DNA from: Candidatus Aenigmatarchaeota archaeon
GTDB taxonomy: Archaea > Aenigmatarchaeota > Aenigmatarchaeia > GW2011-AR5
Assembly (NCBI GenBank): GCA_016202845.1
Contig: JACQNW010000094.1
Location: 1-26,167 of the forward strand
Length of the DNA stretch: 26,167 bases
Direction: 5' to 3'
Every line of letters starts with the position of its first letter. Position 1 is the first letter of the stretch. The notes under the pieces were generated by a model. The model searched no databases. It worked only from the letters and a program-made list of their open reading frames with translations, and was not told where the DNA came from. A program made the translations under genes and the position numbers. Shown in pieces: positions 17,886 through 24,165 of this stretch.

Positions 17886-18305
17886 ATGATTTTAAATATG
17901 AATTTTAAGGCTACCGTTTTGTTCGTGATGCTGGTTTCAGCAGCTGCTTTCGCAGCAGAGCTGAACATGGGAAAAGTTGAAGTGATCAAAGGCGAGCTGG
18001 CGCAGATAAATATTGAAAATGCGCCTTATGGAGGCGCATATGGAACAATAAAGCTAAGGATTGGTTTTGCGGAATGGTACCCTGATGCAGTCTGGATGAT
18101 TCCGGAAAATTCAAACAAGGGTGATTTTTCTTATACAGGCACTGCTTATTCTGTCCCCTCTGCACTTAATCTGACGAACAACTGCCGCTCTTCAATATAT
18201 TATAATTCAACACTGGGCTATGCTTTCAAATCGTCTGTAAAAGAAAACGGAACTTTCTGTATTCTTGCAGATCCGGGGGATTACAAATTTATTGCAGAAT
18301 ATTGA
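17886..18305 (+). CDS. Hypothetical secreted protein
   Basis: Signal-peptide-like N-terminus (FKATVLFVMLVSAAAFA); no recognisable family. Confidence 0.55.
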   Translation: MILNMNFKATVLFVMLVSAAAFAAELNMGKVEVIKGELAQINIENAPYGGAYGTIKLRIGFAEWYPDAVWMIPENSNKGDFSYTGTAYSVPSALNLTNNCRSSIYYNSTLGYAFKSSVKENGTFCILADPGDYKFIAEY

Positions 18306-18343
18306 GCGCTTTGATTAACCAATTTTTCAAAGTCCTCTATTAG

Positions 18344-18547
18344 GTGATGTATATGAAAAGAGTAATTTTTGCTGCCATCCTCATTAGCATCGCAGCTCTG
18401 GCTTTAACGCCTTTGCTGCAGTCTACAGGCTTGGCAACAGCGCCTTTATCAGAACTTCCAAAAAGCAGCTCTGTATTCTTGCAGAATGTGAAGATCACCC
18501 AAGGTTCCCTAATTCAATTAACCATAGTCAGGCAAATTGAATCCTAA
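18344..18547 (+). CDS. Short hypothetical protein with a signal/TM segment, possibly truncated
   Basis: Hydrophobic N-terminus followed by STGLAT. GGTGA precedes ATG at 18353. Confidence 0.4.
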   Translation: MMYMKRVIFAAILISIAALALTPLLQSTGLATAPLSELPKSSSVFLQNVKITQGSLIQLTIVRQIES

Positions 18548-18593
18548 AAGTCACGATAGATCTTTATATATGGCATGTCAACAAATAGAAAGT

Positions 18594-19034
18594 ATGAAAG
18601 GAATTACGCCTGTAATTGCCATAATACTTTTGCTTCTTATAACAGTTGCAATGGTAGGTTTTGCTCTTGTATGGTTTCAGAGGTTCGTTTCTGCAACAGG
18701 CAGCCAGACCGAGCAGAATTTGCAGACACAGTTGGATCAGCAAAGCAAGCTGATTAGCATAGTTAACATCAATAACGCGGGCGGCGCCAAAAGCATAGTA
18801 AGTGTAAAAGATATAGGAACCCGGAACATAGCGCTTACAGAGATTGCAATATTTGTTGATTCTTCCAGGGCAGATGTAGATAGCGTCGCTGGATGTACTG
18901 ATGCAGGTGGTACACGTGTGACTACGATTGCAACTGGCGCAACAATTGACTGCACGCTTGATACTTTATGTAGTTCAGGCAGTAGGTTGAAGATAACAGC
19001 ACCCGGAAACTTTGATGAAACAATTTGCCCTTGA
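18594..19034 (+). CDS. Archaeal type IV pilin-like protein
   Basis: Class III signal peptide MKG/ITPVIAIILLLLITVAMVGFALVWF. TTTATATA box near 18565. Confidence 0.85.
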   Translation: MKGITPVIAIILLLLITVAMVGFALVWFQRFVSATGSQTEQNLQTQLDQQSKLISIVNINNAGGAKSIVSVKDIGTRNIALTEIAIFVDSSRADVDSVAGCTDAGGTRVTTIATGATIDCTLDTLCSSGSRLKITAPGNFDETICP

Positions 19035-19076
19035 TTCTATAGAGCTATAAATAATACTTAGCACATAATATTACAG

Positions 19077-19370
19077 GTGAAAGTAATGAACGTACGCAAT
19101 TTCTCAGATATGATTCGAAAAGACGTATTTACAAACAAGGGTGCATTTGGTGGAAAGGTCATTGATGTTGATCTTGACCTTGAAAAATATCGTGTTAAAT
19201 CGCTTGTTGTAGATGCTGTCCGCGGGTCATTCTTGGCAGATTTGGTTGGCGACAAGCGTGGTGTTATAGTGCCATTCACAATGGTTCAAAGCATTGGTGA
19301 TATTGTTATCATAAAACACATAACGCCGACATCTGTTGAAACAGAAGAAGCTCCCCCGGCAGAAAACTAA
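19077..19370 (+). CDS. PRC-barrel domain protein
   Basis: VFTNKGAFGGKVIDV...IVPFTMVQSIGDIVII. Confidence 0.85.
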   Translation: MKVMNVRNFSDMIRKDVFTNKGAFGGKVIDVDLDLEKYRVKSLVVDAVRGSFLADLVGDKRGVIVPFTMVQSIGDIVIIKHITPTSVETEEAPPAEN

Positions 19371-19474
19371 ACAAATTCACTATGGGTTTTAGCCATAGTA
19401 GTTTAATTTTTTCTTCAAAATAGTTCTATTTTTACCTTATCTATAAATCGATGCTTCAACAATAAGGTAAGAAT

Positions 19475-19948
19475 ATGCTTATTGAGTTGTATGGCTTGCA
19501 TGGAAGGGGGGTTGCAACCGCTTGTAAAATTCTTGCCGATGCATGTGCTTCTTCAAATTTTCATGTCCAGGCAATGGTTAAGGAAGATGATGAAGGATAC
19601 AAGTCTGCTTTTATTAAATTTGACAATGTTTTGGCTGACAAAACATTCCAGGGACCTGATTTTATTATTTTTATGGACGATATAGATATTAAGAGCAAGT
19701 CTTTGAAAGAAAAATCAATTGTGGTTCATAATTCAAAACAGAGAATAGAAAATGCATTATATAAAAAAAAGAAAATCAAGTCGCATTATGTAGATGCATT
19801 TTCTATATCATTAAAACCAAATATTGTAATGCTTGGAGCTCTTTCAAAGTTGTGTAGTAAAATTTCCGCCACATCTGTTAAAGCTGTTTTGAAAAATTAT
19901 AAGATATCAGCCCAGGATTTTGAAGAAGGTTACAGGGGAGTAAAATGA
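19475..19948 (+). CDS. Degenerate 2-oxoacid:ferredoxin oxidoreductase gamma subunit
   Basis: LYGLHGRGVATACKILA (compare GRGGQG.VTA) and VMLGAL. Confidence 0.7.
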   Translation: MLIELYGLHGRGVATACKILADACASSNFHVQAMVKEDDEGYKSAFIKFDNVLADKTFQGPDFIIFMDDIDIKSKSLKEKSIVVHNSKQRIENALYKKKKIKSHYVDAFSISLKPNIVMLGALSKLCSKISATSVKAVLKNYKISAQDFEEGYRGVK

Positions 19949-20172
19949 ATACTAGTATTAATGTAAAACAGGCAATGCTGCGGGTGGCTAAGCCTAAGAT
20001 TGATCTTGACAGGTGCCAAAAAAATTACAGGTGCTTTGTTTTTTGCCCGAGAGATGCGATTGAAATAAAACCAAACGGGTTTCCTTTTATAAATTATAAT
20101 CAGTGTGATGGCTGTCTTATATGCCTGAGGGAATGCCCTGCAACAGCCATAGCCGAGGAGCGGGAGAAATAA
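19945..20172 (+). CDS. Oxidoreductase delta subunit (ferredoxin-like)
   Basis: KPKID..CQKNYRCFVFCP has the second Cys replaced by Asn; CDGCLICLRECP is intact. Confidence 0.82.
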   Translation: MNTSINVKQAMLRVAKPKIDLDRCQKNYRCFVFCPRDAIEIKPNGFPFINYNQCDGCLICLRECPATAIAEEREK

Positions 20173-20251
20173 TGAAGTTAAATAATATTGTTTTCTTTGA
20201 TACGGTAACTTTCTTTTACGAAAAGAAAGCTAGCAAGGAGCGGGAGAAATA

Positions 20252-21121
20252 ATGCTTTCAGCGCTTTCGTCGCAGGAATCTGCAGTTTACGGCGCATTCT
20301 TGTCGTCTGCAGATCTTGTTGTTCTTGGATCGCAAGAGAAAGTAAATGGTTTTGCAAACTCTCTTTCACTAAAAACATTGATTGACTATGACCCTGAAGC
20401 AGCAGCTTCTGCCGCAGCTTTCTCGTCCAAGCGCGTCTTTACTGCGTCTCCAATATATTCTGAAACATCGCCCCTTGTTTACGCGGGCAAAATAGCCCCT
20501 TCCAATGCCATCGTTTTTATAGCAGAGTCAAATCAGGAAATAATGGATTCAATAGTGCTCGCATACAGGGTGGCAGAAGATCCCAAAGTTAGCGCTCCTG
20601 CTGCAGTTCTTTACGAATATCCTGGCTTCATAGAGTCTGTGAGATTGCCAAATATTGCAGCAGTCAAGAATTTTCTGCAAAAACCAAAGCCTGGAAAACC
20701 AAACATAGAAGCAGCAATCCATGTTATAGAAAAAACAGAGGACCTTTGGAAGAAAAAGTTTCACCGTTCTTTCGGTTTATTCGAATGTTATAAAACAGAG
20801 GACGCCAAGGAGATCCTTGTCATGTCCGGTTTTCATTTCCCTACATGCAAGACTGCAGTTGACAGGCTTAGGGTAGGCGGGAGAAAAGCAGGCGCTGTAA
20901 GGGTAAGGACAGTAAACCCCTTCCATTCTGAAGGGATTTCAAAAATCCTTTCTTCCGCAGAGAAAATATCTGTGCTTGACAGCGCAACTTTTGGCGCTTT
21001 GCTGGCAGACAAAACGCCCTCTGTTAAATCAAGATTCACCTATACCAAGTACCTCTCAGTTGATGATTTTATCAATATTTTTGCAAACATCGGCAAAGAG
21101 GGGAATTTTCAGATAAAATAA
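20252..21121 (+). CDS. Degenerate, shortened oxidoreductase alpha subunit
   Basis: SKRVFTAS, AYRVAED, FGLFECYKTEDAKEILV and RVRTVNPF. Lacks YPITP. Confidence 0.72.
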   Translation: MLSALSSQESAVYGAFLSSADLVVLGSQEKVNGFANSLSLKTLIDYDPEAAASAAAFSSKRVFTASPIYSETSPLVYAGKIAPSNAIVFIAESNQEIMDSIVLAYRVAEDPKVSAPAAVLYEYPGFIESVRLPNIAAVKNFLQKPKPGKPNIEAAIHVIEKTEDLWKKKFHRSFGLFECYKTEDAKEILVMSGFHFPTCKTAVDRLRVGGRKAGAVRVRTVNPFHSEGISKILSSAEKISVLDSATFGALLADKTPSVKSRFTYTKYLSVDDFINIFANIGKEGNFQIK

Positions 21122-21214
21122 TATTTCCAATAGAGGACTTTGAAAAATTGGTTAATCAAAGTGCCCAATAGAATTGTCAAAGAATTTGAAACTGAAATTT
21201 CCTTCGGTTAAGAA

Positions 21215-21316
21215 ATGGCTCAGAAGCTACCCAATCGTCTACATCAGGAGCAGGTACCGACGCCAAAGGCGTCAATGCATGTCCTTTCAGACTGGGGTCG
21301 GTTTCGTCATCGCCAC
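21215..21316 (-). ncRNA. Box C/D guide sRNA
   Basis: Minus strand: GUGGC stem, 3-nt bulge, C box AUGACGA (21310..21304), guide, D' CUGA (21290..21287), hairpin insert, C' UGAUGU (21246..21241), guide, D CUGA (21223..21220), GCCAU closing the stem. Both guides are complementary to conserved 23S rRNA motifs. Confidence 0.8.
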
Positions 21317-21318
21317 TA

Positions 21319-21795
21319 ATGATTGACAATGAAACAGTTTTAAGCTTGCCATATTTCCATGGAACAAGTGAACTAATGACAATGAGAAAAGGCCGTGAGG
21401 TCTATCCAGAAAAGTATGAGCAGGCCGTAAAGCTGCACGCATCCGGAATGCCAGTAAAAGACATTGCACAAAAACTGTCAATCTCATATTCCTGCGCTTA
21501 CCATTGGGTGAAGGGATTGAGAAAGCCAGAAGAGGGCAATGTTTCAGAATTTATGTCTTTATTGAAAACCAACGGTCCATTGCCTATCGTTGACGTAAAG
21601 GAAAAATTCCCCAAGCACAACGAACTTTTCCTGATATCATCCCGCCGCGGCCTCCCTATAATGCGCAAGACATTGGACAGAAAGTTGAATGATTATAACA
21701 CCTGGTATTTTCTTTCAGGCCAGGAACAGGAGCTTGATAAACGTATAAATCAATTGTACGATAAAATAAAGAGTGTAAAAGAGTTGTTAAAATAA
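21319..21795 (+). CDS. Helix-turn-helix protein inside the oxidoreductase operon
   Basis: YEQAVKLHASGMPVKDIAQKLSISYSCAYHWVKG is HTH-like. The true start is probably at 21376 or 21382. Confidence 0.65.
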   Translation: MIDNETVLSLPYFHGTSELMTMRKGREVYPEKYEQAVKLHASGMPVKDIAQKLSISYSCAYHWVKGLRKPEEGNVSEFMSLLKTNGPLPIVDVKEKFPKHNELFLISSRRGLPIMRKTLDRKLNDYNTWYFLSGQEQELDKRINQLYDKIKSVKELLK

Positions 21796-22607
21796 TGACA
21801 AATTCAATTAGGAGCGAGGGAAGCGTGGGAGAGAACCTAGGTTCTCGCTCGTTTGAAATGAAATCATTCAAAAAAGTTTTTGCAGCCACTCCATTGCATC
21901 CAGGAAGCGGCCCGCTTCTTGCTTTCAAGCAAACTTTGTTAGCACTGCAGCCTCAGGCGCCCGCAAAGAAAAATGGCAAACAAGAGATTATGCCTTCATT
22001 TGTTGTTTCAGGACCTGCAGCAGATGTTGCCAAGCATGTTGCTGATTTGAAATATTTTATAACAGACAGCCCTGCATCTGCAGCTAGAGGGCTTTCAGTG
22101 TTTGAAAAAACAGTTGTTTTTGCAGACCAGCATTCCGCGATAAAAGCCCTTCCATCTATAGTGGATGCATCAAAAAACAATGAAAATTTTCTTTTTATTT
22201 GCTACAATACTGAAGAATATTCATTGGCTCCCATGATTCGTGCAGCCTACGTGGCCACAGCCTGCACAGCTTATCCTGAAGATTATATCGCAAAAGTAAA
22301 AAAAGCCATGCTAGAGGCTGGTGGTTTAAAATTCATTGAAATTTTGTGCCCTGACCCTAAGTCTGGTTTTGATGCGTCAAATGCAATAGAAGTGGGTCGT
22401 CTTGCAGTGGAATCCAGTTTGTGGCCTTTGTACGAATTTACAGACCAGCAGCTGACTCTGACTAAAAGGCCTATCAGGCTGGAACCTCTGGATAGGTATA
22501 CTTCTATACAAAAGAAATTTGAGAATTACAGCATGGAACAGATAGCAGCATGGCAGGAAAAAGTCAACAAAAGATGGAAGCTTCTTCTTGATGGGAGATT
22601 GGTTTAA
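21795..22607 (+). CDS. Degenerate oxidoreductase beta subunit
   Basis: LHPGSG (compare ACxGCG), FICYNTEEY, YVATACTAYPEDYIAKVKKA, IEILCPDP and AVESSLWPLYE. Confidence 0.75.
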   Translation: MTNSIRSEGSVGENLGSRSFEMKSFKKVFAATPLHPGSGPLLAFKQTLLALQPQAPAKKNGKQEIMPSFVVSGPAADVAKHVADLKYFITDSPASAARGLSVFEKTVVFADQHSAIKALPSIVDASKNNENFLFICYNTEEYSLAPMIRAAYVATACTAYPEDYIAKVKKAMLEAGGLKFIEILCPDPKSGFDASNAIEVGRLAVESSLWPLYEFTDQQLTLTKRPIRLEPLDRYTSIQKKFENYSMEQIAAWQEKVNKRWKLLLDGRLV

Positions 22608-22951
22608 TGGGGTTAATAGAGATTCCAAATTTTGGAAAAGTTGCCATAGGCAGAGCAACCAGAGAAGACGTAGCGCAGGTCCAAACAATTGAAAATGAGG
22701 TTTGGGGTCCTGATGCTGTTTATCCGAAGGATCATCCCAATTCAGGCCAGAGGTTCGGAGATGTATGGGGTGAAAACGGCCTTGCATTCACGCAATATGA
22801 AGAGCTTTTTGAAATATTTCCCGCGGGCATAGAAGTTGTTTTTGACAGCGAAGGGAAACCTTATTTGTTTGGAGAAAAAGGAGAAAGGTTTGGGGAAAAT
22901 ACGGTTTCAAGCCTCTGGATCTGCCAAAAAAGCAGGAATGGAGCCCTGTAG
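22607..22951 (+). CDS. Hypothetical protein, possibly a truncated GNAT-like N-terminal fragment
   Basis: IGRATREDVAQVQTIENEVW resembles a GNAT start but no motif A/B follows. A natural-looking continuation lies in another frame (KKQEWSPVEG...). Confidence 0.4.
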   Translation: MGLIEIPNFGKVAIGRATREDVAQVQTIENEVWGPDAVYPKDHPNSGQRFGDVWGENGLAFTQYEELFEIFPAGIEVVFDSEGKPYLFGEKGERFGENTVSSLWICQKSRNGAL

Positions 22952-23035
22952 AAGGCAGAAGGTCTGTAGAAATGACTCCAAAGATTTGGAGATTGTAATG
23001 CTTTTAATTTCTTAAGCTAATAAAACAACGAAGTA

Positions 23036-23262
23036 GAGTACCTCCGAAAGTGAAAACATATGGGTTTGCAATACATCCAGGATGGATTTTCATACTTTGG
23101 CTTTATAGCAAGCCAATGAAATAAGTTCTATATAACTTCATTGGTTGCTATACATCATAGATGCTTACACCTATGTGTGTCGGCATAGCCGACATGTGAA
23201 ACAAATAAATTATATCCTGTTTATTTATTTGGTTCATTATAACCCTGCTTTCGGAGGTACTC
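23036..23262. mobile_element. 227-bp MITE-like element with perfect 15-bp terminal inverted repeats
   Basis: GAGTACCTCCGAAAG (23036..23050) and CTTTCGGAGGTACTC (23248..23262). Internal hairpins at 23104..23152 and 23178..23194. No transposase and no clear target-site duplication. Confidence 0.7.
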
Positions 23263-23275
23263 AAATAAGCAATGT

Positions 23276-23505
23276 GCTGAGGTGGCAGAGCTTGGTCAAA
23301 GAGCCCCTTTCTCTTCTGCAGAAAGCAGCGCTTTCTGAGATCTCAGGCGAAGCCTGCAGATGAAAGAGAAGGGGCATGACTTAACGCGCAGGATTGCTAA
23401 AGCCCTTTGTGCATGTAAACGCACAAATCGCTTGCGGAAATAAGTTTCACTAAGCAAATATCCTGTTCCCGCAAGGGAGCGAGAGTTCAAATCTCTCCCT
23501 CAGCG
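23276..23505 (+). tRNA. tRNA-Ser(GCT) with two introns (21/22: 23300..23383; 37/38: 23400..23459)
   Basis: The exons give an 86-nt cloverleaf: GCTGAGG/CCTCAGC acceptor, CAGGA/TCCTG anticodon stem, long variable arm, GAGAG-TTCAAAT-CTCTC T arm and G73. BHB central helices are GGTC/GACT and TTGC/GCAA. Confidence 0.9.
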
Positions 23506-23509
23506 CTAT

Positions 23510-23742
23510 GGGTCGGTGGTCTAGTACCAATCCCTTTCTTAAAAGAAAGGTCTTGGTGAACTCCAAAGAAAAGGAGTTTTAGCATATTAAAAATATGCCA
23601 GAAAATGGCTATGAGTTTCAGTAACTAGCAAACGTTGCCCTTACAAACCGATGTCCTTACGACATCTAGCTAAATGAGGCGAAGGCCGGCGGTTCGAACG
23701 AGTGAAGCAAAAGCTTCTCTTCCGAAATTCCGCCCCGACCCA
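23510..23742 (+). tRNA. tRNA-Val(TAC) with four introns (~16/17: 23526..23604; 23/24: 23614..23631; 37/38: 23646..23676; 59/60: 23699..23728)
   Basis: Five exons (16+9+14+22+14 = 75 nt) form a complete cloverleaf with a GGGTCGG/CCGACCC acceptor. Introns 2 and 4 have clean BHBs; introns 1 and 3 have relaxed BHBs. Confidence 0.88.
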
Positions 23743-23743
23743 C

Positions 23744-23757
23744 TTTTAAGTTTTTTG
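23744..23757 (+). terminator. T-rich archaeal terminator after the Ser-Val tRNA pair
   Basis: TTTTAAGTTTTTTG immediately downstream of the discriminator base. Confidence 0.45.
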
Positions 23758-23772
23758 TAGTCAATTATAGCA

Positions 23773-24126
23773 ATGCCAGACGGAACACAGATTGAAGAAA
23801 AAGCAAAGCAGTTCATGAATGTCAGGACATTGATTTTAACTACAATTCTCTCTGCGTTGGGTTTTGTTCTTGCTTTATTCTGGAATGATGCAATCAAGAC
23901 ATCAATAGAAAGTTTATTGCCTCCAGCCCAGACGGTAACAGCCAAATTCATGGTTGCATGGATGGTTACCGTTATAATAATATTTGTTGTTTACATCATT
24001 GTCCAGCTGAACAAGCTGACAGAAAAGCATATTATTCAGGAGCTGAAGAAAATCCAGAAAGAGGAAGACGAACACATAAAAGAAGTAGTCAAGCAGGAAA
24101 TCAAAGACAAAAAGAAGAAGGGGTAA
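23773..24126 (+). CDS. Small membrane protein (DUF5654-like)
   Basis: ILSALGFVLALFWNDAIK motif, two hydrophobic helices and a charged tail. Confidence 0.7.
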   Translation: MPDGTQIEEKAKQFMNVRTLILTTILSALGFVLALFWNDAIKTSIESLLPPAQTVTAKFMVAWMVTVIIIFVVYIIVQLNKLTEKHIIQELKKIQKEEDEHIKEVVKQEIKDKKKKG

Positions 24127-24165
24127 ATGTTACCTTTAAATAGTAACAAATGTTAATTAATTTTC

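Noticed and set aside
23300-23383. Hammerhead ribozyme in the Ser intron (CTGA...GAA in a multiway junction)
   Set aside because: The core needs CUGANGA and GAAA with a matching UH site. The sequence has CTGAGAT and GAAG, so the consensus is not met.
23639-23682. Five-intron model for tRNA-Val using the second CCTTACGA as the anticodon exon
   Set aside because: I could not build BHB motifs for those boundaries. A single canonical 37/38 intron is more parsimonious.
23145-23951. ORFs 23145..23363, 23296..23490, 23670..23951 (and 25851..26045)
   Set aside because: They overlap the MITE or tRNA genes and have no protein motifs, so they are treated as shadow ORFs.
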